Part shown: in pieces, positions 41,822 through 53,987 of the stretch
Layout: every line of letters begins with the position of its first letter
Position numbering within the stretch: the stretch's first letter is position 1
Assembly: GCA_937625935.1 (NCBI GenBank)
Contig: OW569346.1
Location: forward strand, 434,001 to 498,000
Source of the DNA: Tetramitus jugosus
Lineage: Eukaryota > Protista > Heterolobosea
Length of the DNA: 64,000 nt
Direction of reading: 5' to 3'
The notes under the pieces: generated by a model
Told to the model about the DNA's origin: nothing
Seen by the model: only the letters and a program-made list of their open reading frames with translations
Database searches by the model: none
Program-made: the position numbers and the translations under genes

Positions 41822-44476
41822 CTATATGGATGATAGAATACCAGAGTAGTCCTTCTTCATCTTTTCGAGATACTCCTGATTTTGGTAGACGAGAGTATCC
41901 CCAAACTTCCTTCTCAAAAGACGAGCCACCTCTTCACATTGCTTTCCGTACTTGCAAAATTGCTTGAATAGAATGTTTCTCTTCTCATCCATACGGATAG
42001 GGTTAGAGCCATCATTTCGTACTACCTGCGATACTTCTACGTCCAGGTCTGTTAGCTCCATCAGTGCCCTTTCGCGATTTGATATTGCTACTGCAGCATT
42101 CTTCCAAGCATTAAAAACTTCTGACAACCTTTTAGAATCTACTAGGTTGGTTTCTGAACTGTACTTGTTCAATAATTGAATTCGATACTCTGCCGGAATG
42201 ATTAGGTCATCAAACACGGACTCAAGTTCAGTCAGAGTTTTCTTGTTGGCTCTAACAATTTCCTTGGTGGATTCACGACTATTTCTTCTCTCTTTCTTCT
42301 TCCCAACTTGGGACTTTCGGATGTCAGTTGTCTTCCCTTGTGTAAAGTGGGACTTCTTGAAATGAAGATTTGTCTGAGAGACAGGCCGAATGTAGTGAAT
42401 CAAACGATCACTTTCATCCACTTTCTCAATGTTCAACTTCCTGTCGTCTCTTAACTCGAATGCCGACGAACTGGTTCGATTAGATAAACTTTCTCTCCTT
42501 TGATCATCATACTCTCGATAAGCACTACTCTTTGATCTTAATTTTTCAAAGTATCCTCGGGTAAATTCCTTTGAGGCGACTCTAGTGGTGTCTTCTAAAC
42601 TCTTCGGTATATCTTCTCTCGGCGTTCGAACACTGGAGTCACCAAGAATTTTCTTCCACTCTGAAGTTTTTAGGTGATCTGTGAAGTCTCGTAGTCCTCG
42701 CTTATCGATAATATTTCTCTCTCGAATATTCTTTGGGTGAAATTGTTCCATCGATCGATAAAGAACCTCTCTCTTCTTCGATTGTTTGTCTTCAATTCTC
42801 TTTTCCTCTAAATTCACGATATTGTTAAAGAAGAATCTGATAGAGTCGTCATGACACCTCAGATAGTTTACAATAATGTACAACAATCGCTTGTTCTGAG
42901 TTAAGATGTAGCTTTCCTGATAATTTTTAGATTTCTCGATGTTGTCCAGCAAATGTCGCTTCACAATTTGTTGGATCCTCGAATCATTACTGACTTGGGT
43001 ATATAGACCGACATAGTACTTTGCCAATAGTGTTAGGTGATTTTCGTTACTAACAACAAAAGGACAATCAAGTTCGAAAACCCAGAGGAACAATGTTTCA
43101 GCTCCCTTCATCCAAGTTTTCTTGAAATAATCAGTGGTTAGGTTGGGAGAGTTTTTCAAGGCTACTAGGAGATCATCCATGGCTCTCTGAACTGTCTTAT
43201 CTTCTTTTTTGTCAGAGGGTGTGATCATTCCCTGTGCTTGATCGAAACACTTACATAAGTGCAGGACATTTTTTTCAATAGAACTACACACTTCCTTCAT
43301 ATGTTCATCGAGTTCTTCAGTTAATTTCTCGGTTAGACCATCTATCTTCACTTTTCGTCGCTTCTTAGTTGGCTGGGCTTCGTCAATTCGATATCCCTCA
43401 ACATAATCATCGTCAATATGAGCAGGATCGCACAACTTCGATTCAGGTGGAATAGAAATACAAATACTATCTCTCGAATCATCGAGAGTGAGTTCGTTGG
43501 TAACAGTGGCTACAGCCTTAGTTTCTTTCTTTGGTTTCTTATTTGTTCTTGACTTAACAATTGATTTCTCCAGCAAACTGATCTCCGTCTGGGCTGATGT
43601 TCTTTCGAGCTTGGATATTTTATCTGCGGCCACTTGTTCTCGAAGATGTTGCGCAATAGTCGAGGGATGATTCTTAATTATCAGTTTCGATGGACTGATA
43701 CTCCTTCTGTTCAGCTCTTTGAGTAGTCCATCAGATCGTTTAGAATCATCCTGTCTAGCGATGCCATCTCTATTCGGGATGTTGTGTTGTTTGTCAGTAA
43801 TCTTTAACTGAAGAGGAACTAGTTCAATCTCTTCAGTGATAAAAGGATTCTTCGATGGGAGTGTGGATGGAACAAAAGCATCTGATAAAAGGGAAATAAT
43901 AACTTCTTCAAAATTTTCTCCCATTCTTTCCTTTCTTACTCTAAGGGTTGCCTTTCTGATTAAATCCGTGCTCTTGTTTCTTGACAAATCCAAGTTTTGT
44001 TTTGTTGGCTTAAAGAGAGCTACAGGATTCTTCGTTGGATTTTGGGCTCTGTGGATCAAAAAGCCAAGAGGATCAGTCAAACGTTGCCTAATTTCTTGTC
44101 TGTTTGATACTTCTTCTTCCTTTCTCTTCGATTGTCGTTCTCGAATTCTCTCCAACTTGGTTCGATCCACTCTATATCGAAGGAGGGTGTAAATCTGGAT
44201 TTGTCTCACTCACCTATATAACATTCTGCATAAAGATGACATACTTGGACAGAGCAGATCGCAATTTGTTTTGTATTCGTACTTCGTTGACTTCGGGGCT
44301 GAATATTCCCTTTTCATTCATATCTAAAAAGAAGAGATGTGTGACTGGGAAATGAGGAAGAAAAAGAAACAACAAAACAAATATCTACCTCTCAATTTTC
44401 CTTGATAATACTGAACCAGTTGATTCTGGTACTCCTCCATCGCTTCAGTAAGATGCGACGGAATATTGTTGGACAT
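41822..44476 (-). CDS. Coiled-coil protein with a CCDC87-like C-terminus; 5' exons tentative (intron 44324-44388 plus a second of uncertain bounds)
   Basis: LESVFDDLIIP..KYSS..AWKNA..RE..FGDTLVYQNQEYLEKMKKD. An upstream ATG at 44476 has a GT-AG intron. Confidence 0.55.
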
Positions 44477-44576
44477 GTCATCAGTGCAGAAAGAACATGC
44501 GTTGAGTCTGTTTTTCGTTATCCGGAGAAATCCAACAACTGTAGATAGAGAATCAAAATTTATTGTTGTGTTGAGA

Positions 44577-46973
44577 TTATATCATTTGATGATCCATTGG
44601 ATCCATCTCCACATGACCCATCTCTTCTATCTCCTCTTCTGGATCCTTTGGGAATCCAAGACGCTTTGTGGTAGGCAGCAAAACTACGAACCATGTCAGT
44701 AGAAGAACGGAGATAATCCAGCAGGAGAGCGTAATCACACCACTAAATGGTCCTAGCTGTTCGCACACATTGCTCCTGGATGATTTGTAGTAGTTTCCAA
44801 TATAGTTGCAATGTGCAATTCCCGTTACGTTATCAATCAAATCGTTCACCTTATCAATTGCATAATCCACGACAGACATTGCCGATTGAGCTACGTCATT
44901 AATGTTGCTTGGAACAGAATCGATTGCGCTCTGAATTGCCTTGATATGTTGATCATTGACTATGAGCGACTTGAGTTGATTCAATTCTGCCAAACAATGA
45001 TTAAGAGTGCTATTGAGCTCGAGAGTATCTTGTTTCAATGAATTTGTTTTGTTGATGACCTCATCTCTCGCGTCCTTGTAATCGAGGAGCAGTGCTCTTC
45101 GATCGTGGAAGAATGTTTGATTCGCAACGTAAGGTGAGGAAGCTGGATCCAAAGCAGTCACATTGTCGAGTGTCCAATACTCTCCTCCAAGTTTGGCTGA
45201 CTCTTGATTCAACTCATCCAGCTTTGGTTCCACAATTGATTCATCATAACCAAATCGAGTATAATTATCATACTGTGGATAAATTTCGTTCACATGCAAT
45301 TGAATGATCAGGAGATAATCTGTTGCATTCTGGAATGAAACTGTCACCAAATCATTCGTCTTATTATAAAAATCTGTAATGAAGGACGAAGCTTCTGATG
45401 TGAGAGAGCTAGCATTGAACGATTGAATCGTATTATTGATTTCTTTTCTTACTGGATCAATCAATCCAGTCACATTGAGGAAATCGGTTTCGAGGCCCGG
45501 TATCATATCCAAGATACTATCATTGCCGGAGCAGTACAGAATATCAAGGGCAATATCTGAAATGTTGCCCATGATAGCATCAGTGTTGAATTCACTAATT
45601 TGGAACATGTTGTTGGTGTCGAGAGTGGACATGAGCCTCCTAGCACTTGCAGTGTTGGTGCTGCTCGACTTACCCAGAATATACTTGTCGACCAGTGACT
45701 GACTTCGCTTCACAGCAGGTTCCACCTCTCTGCAAACATCAGTAAGAGCGATGAATAGGATCAAATGGAGCAAACCAATCACAATAAACAAAAATGGAAT
45801 GAAGAATGAGCAGCATGCCGTTAATCTTGGTGACCATCTCCACTGGCAACAAACACCAACGAGTCCAAATGCAAAAATGACAAAGATGACTGCAAGGAAT
45901 GTGATAAACACGGAAATACGCACGTTATCCACCACGTTGACATAGTAGAACACTTGGCCCATGATGTCTCTTCCCTTGTCAGTGTACTTTGTTACTTGGT
46001 TCAATGGCTCATTCACTGCACTCTTCACATCTGAGAATGATGATTGAATAGTGGATCTTGAGCCATTGACTTGTGTTTTCACTTGATCAATCAAGTCGTT
46101 CAAGGTTGTATAGGCACTGTTGATATTGGATTGTGCACTGTCCAAAGAGGTCAAAACATTGTTCAATTCTGTCGTGTACTCACCCAAATCTGGTACATCT
46201 TGTGACTGAGGAGACTCTTCCAGTCCACTGCCATTTTCAATTCGATGAATCAAAACGGTCATGTTCGAAAAATCACCTTGCAAGTGATTGAGCAAAGAAT
46301 TGGCATCTGTCACGTCTTGTTTCGCACCACCCAAAGAAGTGTCAATCGTTCGGATTGTTGAATTGAGACCGGCGAAGGAATCGACGACAGTGTCCAACTT
46401 TCCAAACACGTCATCGACAATGTGATCCGTGTTGTTGATGGATTGGATTCCATTGTCGATTCTGTCGAGGAAGGTGTTTGCTAGGCCGTTGGTGTCCTTC
46501 TCGACCTTTCTCAGCGTAGTCGTGAACAAGATGCAGAACAACATGACCAGTATCATCATTGCACTGAACACGACAAAAATACCGGCATTGGAAAGAATAG
46601 AGAGTCGAATCTGATTGGAAGAATATCCACCTAGTTTGGGCTTTGATCCACCACATACTTGACATGAGCATCGGCAACACCATATATAGAATGCTACATT
46701 GTAAATGACAAAGAAGAAGATTGCAAAAATGATGAGAACAATTGCAATGTAGATTCCATAGCCAGCCCATCCTAAACCATCATCCAACATTTGTGGATAG
46801 TGTCTTGTTGGTGTGGCACCTTGAGAGCATTGGACCATGGATGATGATGATGTTGATGCTGTTGGTCCAAAGTTACTTGTACTCATCATGATCATCACAA
46901 GGGCAATAATGCAGGTGAAGAGTAGGGACAGAGAGGTTGTCCATCGTTTTGTTGCTGTTATAGTCCTACTCAT
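44577..46973 (-). CDS. Prominin-like five-TM glycoprotein
   Basis: Signal region, TM1 followed by a CCRCSC cluster, two large helical extracellular loops, DVC, ILYC and a late CxxIxxxY...VC before the last TM. Confidence 0.7.
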   Translation of the reverse strand: MSRTITATKRWTTSLSLLFTCIIALVMIMMSTSNFGPTASTSSSSMVQCSQGATPTRHYPQMLDDGLGWAGYGIYIAIVLIIFAIFFFVIYNVAFYIWCCRCSCQVCGGSKPKLGGYSSNQIRLSILSNAGIFVVFSAMMILVMLFCILFTTTLRKVEKDTNGLANTFLDRIDNGIQSINNTDHIVDDVFGKLDTVVDSFAGLNSTIRTIDTSLGGAKQDVTDANSLLNHLQGDFSNMTVLIHRIENGSGLEESPQSQDVPDLGEYTTELNNVLTSLDSAQSNINSAYTTLNDLIDQVKTQVNGSRSTIQSSFSDVKSAVNEPLNQVTKYTDKGRDIMGQVFYYVNVVDNVRISVFITFLAVIFVIFAFGLVGVCCQWRWSPRLTACCSFFIPFLFIVIGLLHLILFIALTDVCREVEPAVKRSQSLVDKYILGKSSSTNTASARRLMSTLDTNNMFQISEFNTDAIMGNISDIALDILYCSGNDSILDMIPGLETDFLNVTGLIDPVRKEINNTIQSFNASSLTSEASSFITDFYNKTNDLVTVSFQNATDYLLIIQLHVNEIYPQYDNYTRFGYDESIVEPKLDELNQESAKLGGEYWTLDNVTALDPASSPYVANQTFFHDRRALLLDYKDARDEVINKTNSLKQDTLELNSTLNHCLAELNQLKSLIVNDQHIKAIQSAIDSVPSNINDVAQSAMSVVDYAIDKVNDLIDNVTGIAHCNYIGNYYKSSRSNVCEQLGPFSGVITLSCWIISVLLLTWFVVLLPTTKRLGFPKDPEEEIEEMGHVEMDPMDHQMI

Positions 46974-47460
46974 GTTGTTGTCAATCTTTTATACGGTTGT
47001 AGTGGTAGGCGGACTGTGATGTTCAGTGTGTCTCTCTTGTAACTTTGTGATGATGGGTGTTTTGTTTTTCAAAAAACCCAAAGAGAAATGGAAGAGAGGA
47101 CAGCGAAAGGAGGGTTGGGATGTATTTACTTGTTTTGTGTTTTGTGAGAGCATCCCTTGCAGAAGAAGAATGTGCAAGGAAGATGTGACGAAATGTCGGG
47201 TTGGAACTTGGACATTTGACGTCGGAGTCCTCAACGATTACGGTCGGTCCATTTTTAGTTAGTAGATCGGTTGATTTGATGACTCTTGGAGGACAACGGA
47301 CAACAAGATTCGAAGACAAGATGCCTGAGGAGTTCTCTCGCAGTGAGCGAGTGTTCATTTGATTCGGTTTTGTGGATAGAGAGCTTTCCAGCATATGTCC
47401 AATGGACAAATGCAGTTTGTTATTTGCTGATGGATGCATCACCATTCATTTGTTTCCAAG

Positions 47461-48693
47461 CTAATTGCGGTTCAACGGGTTTGGTGCCTCTTCTTCGTTG
47501 ACAAGCACTGTTGGCATGGCAGCAAAACGATGCGTTAGCGCAGGTATCACATACTTGTGCAACAACACGGAGATGAACAAAAGCGAGCTCACAGCGAATC
47601 CAATCGCTAAAATAGCAATGGCAACCTGCAGCTTGTATATCTGACTCCATGTCACAGTAATCGTCTCAGTTCCAGGTGGAACATACTGTCTCACAACTCT
47701 CTGGTTAATATCTTGGATGGGTCTGTTGTTTGCAATGTGGTGCGGCAAAATGGACATAAATCTTCTGAGTTGAGATCTGGAGACACTGAACACGCTGTTG
47801 ATTAGGATCCATGTGACAGATTCAGAACAAGGTGGAGTCGTCAATGATCCATCGTATGTGATATAGGGCAGAGAAGTACTATCACGCACCAATGACTCAA
47901 AGCTCAGATAATCATTGGTCGATGTATTCGAATAACAAAAGTCAATAAACTCGTTCAAGAAGGCTGAATCCTCATCTGTGGTCACCTTGAAGAAGAATCC
48001 AACGACTGCCAACGCACCTGTCGCAGTATTCTTGTGCACAAAGTGAATCTCCAGTGGATATGCAACACCATCAATGTGATGCTCCGATACTTCATGCGTA
48101 TGGAATTGAGTCATATAATATCGATTTGCTTCATCATTGGCGTCACTCGAAGAAGAGAGCTTTGGCAGAGGTCCTCCCGTCATGTACATTGTGTTTGGCT
48201 CCAGACTCGTCTGGCATGTTTCTCCGTTGAAGAACACTCGACCAAAACCTGATTTCCAGTGCAGCTTCAATGGCAAAAGCGTATCGTCTCTAACAGTGCC
48301 ATTCACCATTGTGTTGATATCGATTGGTGATTGATGAACTCCGTTGCCACACAATGGATATTGGATGGACCAATGTTGTGGGCCATTGGTGCACGGATCA
48401 TAGTTCCACTCTTGTGCACTCACAAGTGCAAGTTGTTGTTGCGCGTCAATGATCAAAAGCATGGCAATCATAACAACAATCAACCAAACAGTCAAACACT
48501 TGAGAGAGTGAAGACCATTGTGTGGTGTTGAGGATGATGATGATGTCAATCGAACACGTTGTTGAAGAAGATTTGGCATTGTTGAGTTGTCTGTGGAAGT
48601 ATATTGATCGTTGGGTGAAGCATGCGATGGCCCTGCAACAGTATTCTTCTTCTGTATTGTGTTTTGTTGGTGGTGTGGAGAAAAGCGCGACAT
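47461..48693 (-). CDS. Alpha-class carbonic anhydrase, type I membrane-anchored (start uncertain)
   Basis: QSPIDI, QFHTH, SEH, EIHFVH, YDGSLTTPPCSESVTW, NNRPIQ and a C-terminal TM. Confidence 0.95.
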   Translation of the reverse strand: MSRFSPHHQQNTIQKKNTVAGPSHASPNDQYTSTDNSTMPNLLQQRVRLTSSSSSTPHNGLHSLKCLTVWLIVVMIAMLLIIDAQQQLALVSAQEWNYDPCTNGPQHWSIQYPLCGNGVHQSPIDINTMVNGTVRDDTLLPLKLHWKSGFGRVFFNGETCQTSLEPNTMYMTGGPLPKLSSSSDANDEANRYYMTQFHTHEVSEHHIDGVAYPLEIHFVHKNTATGALAVVGFFFKVTTDEDSAFLNEFIDFCYSNTSTNDYLSFESLVRDSTSLPYITYDGSLTTPPCSESVTWILINSVFSVSRSQLRRFMSILPHHIANNRPIQDINQRVVRQYVPPGTETITVTWSQIYKLQVAIAILAIGFAVSSLLFISVLLHKYVIPALTHRFAAMPTVLVNEEEAPNPLNRN

Positions 48694-49135
48694 CTCCTGA
48701 AAGCTTTTTATTCTCCTCGTGAATCTTTTGAAGAGTTGGATATTTGTCCGCTCACAACCTGGTGGTGGAAGAACAAACACAGCATTTAGATCTCAATCAA
48801 TGGATATTCTAACGAACGTATGTACGTAGGTCAGAATCAATCAACGACCCAGCAATCAATGGGTCAAGAACTTTACGATCACCGGAATAAGATTGAAGGA
48901 TACAATTATCAATTGGATTTCGAGGATGTTCTTGTACTTCGATCCATTGTTTTGACCTAAGCAAGCCCTGAATCGAGTCAGTGGTTGTCCACCATATGTA
49001 TGTGAATTGATACAATTCTGAAACACCGAAGTGTCCACCTCTGAATCAGAATGTTCGGCTCAAGAATCGGGAAATCTCCACCCTTTGATTCTGCGCAACA
49101 AAACATCAAAAAAACAACAAAAAGCTCAGGTCCAC

Positions 49136-50368
49136 ATGGCATCACCGCACAAGGAGGAGGACGACAATGGTATCGCACCATTGTCCACACCACATCATCA
49201 TCATCATCATCACTCCATGCCAAATCAAGAACAACGACACCGAAACATGACAACATCATCTTCACCCATTACCTCTGCACACCACAATCATCATCAAAAA
49301 AGAAAAAATAATCATCATCATCATCACCACAATCACAATCACTCACCACTGTTCACCACGAGCAACAAGTTTGTCCAATGCGCCAAAAACTACATTTTAC
49401 CCATTATTGTCTGTTTGATTGGAGGTGTTGCATGGACAGTGGCCACATGTATTTTAATACCCGGTGCATTCCTACACTATAGTACGATCATGTTTGTTTT
49501 GAATCAAGTGATTGGCAGTACCGAAGTCTTTCTCATGTTTTGGAGTTATTTCAAGTGTGTGAAGACGAGTCCAGGTTACGCATCAAGCGACTGGGAAGTG
49601 AATCAAGTAAGAGATGATCAAGATCGTGTTCAATTGTTGAGATTGGAGCCTGCAAAGAACGGAGAAGCAAGATACTGTGCCAAATGTGGCATTTATCAGC
49701 CACCGAGAGCCCATCACTCGCGCGCACACAACAAGTGCGTTCTCAGAATGGATCACTATTGTGTCTGGGTGAACAATGTGGTCGGTGCATTCAATCACAA
49801 GTTTTTCTACTTGTTTCTGCTATATCTGTGCCTCGGTATAGCTCATTACTTCTTGTTGGTGATGGTGTACGGGTATCGACTGGTGAACGATTTGACAGCT
49901 GTGAATCCTATCCCATTTGTCGTTCTCATCATTTTCACAGTCTTCTTGTTACCGATTACACTCATGGTGTACATGTTCTTTGGATGGAACACGTATCTCC
50001 TGTTGACCAATCAGACATCTATTGAGAATCACATCAATAGTGAGATCAACATTCGACTAAAGTACAGAAAAAAGAAGAAGAATAGCGAAAATGGGGACAA
50101 GGTCCAATTCAGACACATTTACAATGTAAACATGGTGGACAATGTGAAGAATGTGTTGGGTGATCGAGTGCTACTGTGGTTCTTGCCCACGGATCCAACT
50201 GGTTCCGATGGTTATCACTTCAAGACAATTGGTGTCGAAGAGGTGGAACGAGTCAATGCCTACATCCAAGATGCTAGACCAGATGAGAGTGCCTATGTCA
50301 GTGAGAGCAGCGATGATGAGGGCAGTGAGGAGGATGAAGAAGATTTGGATAGAAACTCTATTGTCTAG
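49136..50368 (+). CDS. DHHC-family palmitoyltransferase, DHYC variant
   Basis: Four TM helices, CAKC..PPRAHH..CVLRMDHYCVWVNN and NQTSIE. Confidence 0.92.
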   Translation: MASPHKEEDDNGIAPLSTPHHHHHHHSMPNQEQRHRNMTTSSSPITSAHHNHHQKRKNNHHHHHHNHNHSPLFTTSNKFVQCAKNYILPIIVCLIGGVAWTVATCILIPGAFLHYSTIMFVLNQVIGSTEVFLMFWSYFKCVKTSPGYASSDWEVNQVRDDQDRVQLLRLEPAKNGEARYCAKCGIYQPPRAHHSRAHNKCVLRMDHYCVWVNNVVGAFNHKFFYLFLLYLCLGIAHYFLLVMVYGYRLVNDLTAVNPIPFVVLIIFTVFLLPITLMVYMFFGWNTYLLLTNQTSIENHINSEINIRLKYRKKKKNSENGDKVQFRHIYNVNMVDNVKNVLGDRVLLWFLPTDPTGSDGYHFKTIGVEEVERVNAYIQDARPDESAYVSESSDDEGSEEDEEDLDRNSIV

Positions 50369-50597
50369 AGATTGGAACATCATATCCTTGAAAGCCATAC
50401 ACTGTTGTTTGCTACTTCATTTTTCATAAGGACACAACAATACAATGCGCTCAATTTCAAGTGTATCAAGCGGGGAAATAATCCATCAGCTGTCCAACTA
50501 TTTTTGACGTGCAGCGATCCATCAGCAGTGGGAAAGCGCGTTTTGGATCTGCTTTTTTGCATCATCAACACGAAAATCAGTTTGATCATCATACACA

Positions 50598-51476
50598 ATG
50601 GGCAATCATCAAAATAAAGACTTGCGATTCAAATCCTCAAAATTCCGTATGTTAACACTACTCCTCTGACCTCTCTCTCTGTTTTCATGTCATGTTATTT
50701 CTTCATTTCAGATCGTCCATTTTGCAAAGCTCTCCCAAGAACTGTGCTGACACTGACTGCTGCAATAACGTATCAGTATCGGAAGATGAAATCAGAGAAA
50801 AGAGACGCTTTTGGAACCAAATGTTCCCCACTGGTGTCGCAACCAGATCAAACTTTCATAAATTTGCAGAAAAAGTGGCAATCGAGTACGACAATATGAG
50901 CAGTGTTGATTTCATGTTTCGAGCAATGGATGCAGATAAGAATGGAGAGATTACATTCGAGTATGTGTTAGTTTGATGATCGCTTGATGATTGAGACTGT
51001 TTGCTATATTGTTATATTTGTAGTGTTGGTTACTAAATACAACGCATCTTTCATGAATATGTAGTGAATTTCTATGGTACATGGCAATTACTTCACCAAC
51101 GAATCATAATGCAATGGTTCAGGTCGATGATCTGGTTGACATGTGCTTTTTGATGTATGATGAAGATGGGTATGTTTTTTTCACAGCTTGATGATTGTAC
51201 GATTGTCTGATTGTATTCGCTGACCATTATGGCGTGCTTTTTTTTTGGCGACAAAACAGCGACGGTTATGTGACAAAGGAAGAGCTGCGACGAACAATGA
51301 ACAATGTGTTCAGCACACAGGGTCACGATATTACAGAGTCTGAAGTCAAGGAGAACATTGAGAAGAGAATTAGAAGACTGCTCGAGGCATGCGACAAGGA
51401 TCACGATGGTCGATTGACCAAGCAAGAAGTCAAGGTAGCTTGTCGCAACAATCCATCCCTCGTTGATTTTCTTTAG
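50598..51476 (+). CDS. Neuronal calcium sensor / recoverin-like EF-hand protein; introns 50647-50776, 50961-51064, 51170-51259
   Basis: Three GTATGT introns give MGNHQNK..FLSEDEI..FPTG..DADKNGEITFDEF..YDEDGDGYVTKEEL..DKDHDGRLTKQE. Confidence 0.85.
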
Positions 51477-51564
51477 AGCGAAACTGTAAATACAATATGA
51501 TTTTTCACGCCATTTGTTTGCCGCTAATTTCACTGATTTTTACAAAACAACTTTTCGAGCTTAG

Positions 51565-52395
51565 ATGGATCAGGCGATACACCAGCAATTGGAAGAGCTT
51601 AGAGCTCTTGAAGAAACAGAAGCAAAGAAGCTAGCACTTTTGCAGAGTGAAATCGAACAAATTTCACAAGCTCTATCGAGAGATGAGAATGCTCTGATAC
51701 AACTGAACAGACAAAAGAGGAAAGTCATGGCTCAGAATTTTAATATGCAAGTACAGATTGACGAGTTGGATACTGAGTATGAAAGCTTGGTACAAAAGTT
51801 TGATGACTTGAAGAACCAACTCAGTGAAATACAGATTGTCAAGAAGAAGGCCGTTCAAGAAGCAGTGTCCAACTTGAGAAAAGAACTTCAAAAGCAGAGA
51901 GAAGAGCACCACATCTACACACAGAGAATCAAGGACTACTTTGACAATCAGAGTGAACTTGGAAAGAAACAGAAACAATTGAGTCAATTGTTGCAAGAGA
52001 AACAAGCCACGACACAGAGTCTTTGTTGTCAACTGGAACAGCAGACCCAATTAAACCTGAAGATGAACAAGACAATTCAAGAGCTGCAACGGGACAAGCA
52101 CTCTATCATTCAGCTGAAAAGAAAACTGGAGCAAAACACCTCAAAGACAATCTCTGATACAGAGGACTTGAGAGAGCAGATTAAACAAATGAAGGAAACA
52201 ATAGGACACAAGACACGAGAGACCACTCTGTTGCATTCAGAGCTCAATCAGCAAAAGGATCTCTTAAAAACAATAGAAGAACAAATTGCAGAACAGGAGA
52301 ACAAGAAATCCATGGTGAATCAACTCAAAAATCGTGTATTCCTAGAACATCAGCAAAAGCAGAATCAATTGAAATCAATTCGACAACAGCAATAA
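51565..52395 (+). CDS. Coiled-coil protein of unknown function
   Basis: 276 aa of continuous Q/E/K/L heptad pattern. Confidence 0.75.
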   Translation: MDQAIHQQLEELRALEETEAKKLALLQSEIEQISQALSRDENALIQLNRQKRKVMAQNFNMQVQIDELDTEYESLVQKFDDLKNQLSEIQIVKKKAVQEAVSNLRKELQKQREEHHIYTQRIKDYFDNQSELGKKQKQLSQLLQEKQATTQSLCCQLEQQTQLNLKMNKTIQELQRDKHSIIQLKRKLEQNTSKTISDTEDLREQIKQMKETIGHKTRETTLLHSELNQQKDLLKTIEEQIAEQENKKSMVNQLKNRVFLEHQQKQNQLKSIRQQQ

Positions 52396-52481
52396 ATCAA
52401 TATAGTGTAGGTGCATTTGCGTGCATGAGTACATGTGTGCGTGTGTCTGTGTGCTTGGTGCACACGTCATGTGTGAATATA

Positions 52482-53987
52482 TCACACCATTGATCCAAAT
52501 GAAGAATTCATCTGTGCAGAGTACAGCGAAGAATTCATCACTGCTACGTGCTGTCTGTACTCGGACAATGGTTTCCTGAATGGAATTCTACTTGGTTCAC
52601 AAGGTGCGAGCAAGAAATCGTTGAAAAAGTTGCGCAAAGGTCCCCTATTGAACTTGTTCTGATCCCGTCCTCTACGTTTCTTAATTGCTTCATACGTCGT
52701 TTGATTGGTACAGATCAAATAACCATGGTAACCGAATAGACTGCCCACAAATCCCAGTGCTCCCAGGCAGAACAATATAATGGGCACGGATCCTGCTGTA
52801 CAAATAATTTTCCACACGGTTGGTGCATCACCGCGAAACGGATACGTCTTGGCCAACGTGACACACGAATAAACAATTTGAAACACACACAGTGCAATCA
52901 TTGTCAATAGTGCAATCGTTGTCGATGTCACAAAGTGACTAAATGCCCTATAGTTTCTCTTTCCTATACAAGTGCCCGTCCACGGACAATGATGATCAAA
53001 CTTTTCCACACAATTGTCACAACGAGGACAGTGTGACGTTCTCGGAGGCCTATAAATCTCACACGTATAACAAAATTTCAACACGAGTTCCTCTCCGTTG
53101 ACATACACGGTTTGAAACAGTGGTGGATACTGCTTTGTGACTTCCTCGACATCCGGATTCTCATTCTGCATATTGTTCGTAATGACGCACCGCCTGGGCA
53201 ATATCCCTGGATCGGTCACTGCTGTCATGAACAGTGCAAACATGATGTAGACAAGTGCCAGTAAGGGAACAACCAACACAATGTACCCCACTGGATGAAG
53301 CAATATAAAGTAAGATGCCTCAAATGCCTCAAACAACAGAAAAGGGATCAAAATCAGAGTAATGGTCACTCCGATTTGTTTCGTGTCTGGTCCAATGATC
53401 CACCGACCACCACATGGAGTATAATTGTTGCCGGGCCATAATTTTGCCAATTTTTCACTATCACTCAACGTGACTTGTTGTTTTTTTCGCTTTGTCAAAT
53501 CGGCAGTGGAACACGATGTTGAAGTCAGGTCACTATTATTATTGTTATTGTTATTATAGTTATTGTTGTTATTGTTGTCTACTAATTGAGTTGATTGAGT
53601 TGGTAGAGTTAATTTTTTGATTGGCGAGAGTTGATCATCCTCATCATCATCATCATTCTCTTCATCATCACACTTGTGTTTTGCATTGTTTTTATTATTA
53701 TGCTTATTATTGTTATTGTTGTTATTGTTATTGGATGTGATGAATGATTGATTGAGTGAGGTGACTTGAGGTGAAGATGCAGTTGTCACTGGAGAGACAT
53801 AGTGATTAAACACGCGATGATGAGTATTGTGATTGTTTTGTTGTTGTTGAGTCAAAGATTCTCTTTGCTTATTGCGCATTAATTGTTCAATGGCACTCAA
53901 TGGACTACCACCATCACTACCACTCTCTCGTTCCTTTTCAGGTGATTTATTCCCAATGCTATAGTAGTTGTTGTTGTCCGTCATCAT
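52482..53987 (-). CDS. DHHC palmitoyltransferase, Erf2/ZDHHC9-like
   Basis: GRWIIGPD, TDPGILPR, KFCYTCEIYRPPRTSHC..DHHCPWTGTCIGKRNYR and NQTTYE. Confidence 0.95.
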   Translation of the reverse strand: MMTDNNNYYSIGNKSPEKERESGSDGGSPLSAIEQLMRNKQRESLTQQQQNNHNTHHRVFNHYVSPVTTASSPQVTSLNQSFITSNNNNNNNNNKHNNKNNAKHKCDDEENDDDDEDDQLSPIKKLTLPTQSTQLVDNNNNNNYNNNNNNNSDLTSTSCSTADLTKRKKQQVTLSDSEKLAKLWPGNNYTPCGGRWIIGPDTKQIGVTITLILIPFLLFEAFEASYFILLHPVGYIVLVVPLLALVYIMFALFMTAVTDPGILPRRCVITNNMQNENPDVEEVTKQYPPLFQTVYVNGEELVLKFCYTCEIYRPPRTSHCPRCDNCVEKFDHHCPWTGTCIGKRNYRAFSHFVTSTTIALLTMIALCVFQIVYSCVTLAKTYPFRGDAPTVWKIICTAGSVPIILFCLGALGFVGSLFGYHGYLICTNQTTYEAIKKRRGRDQNKFNRGPLRNFFNDFLLAPCEPSRIPFRKPLSEYRQHVAVMNSSLYSAQMNSSFGSMV

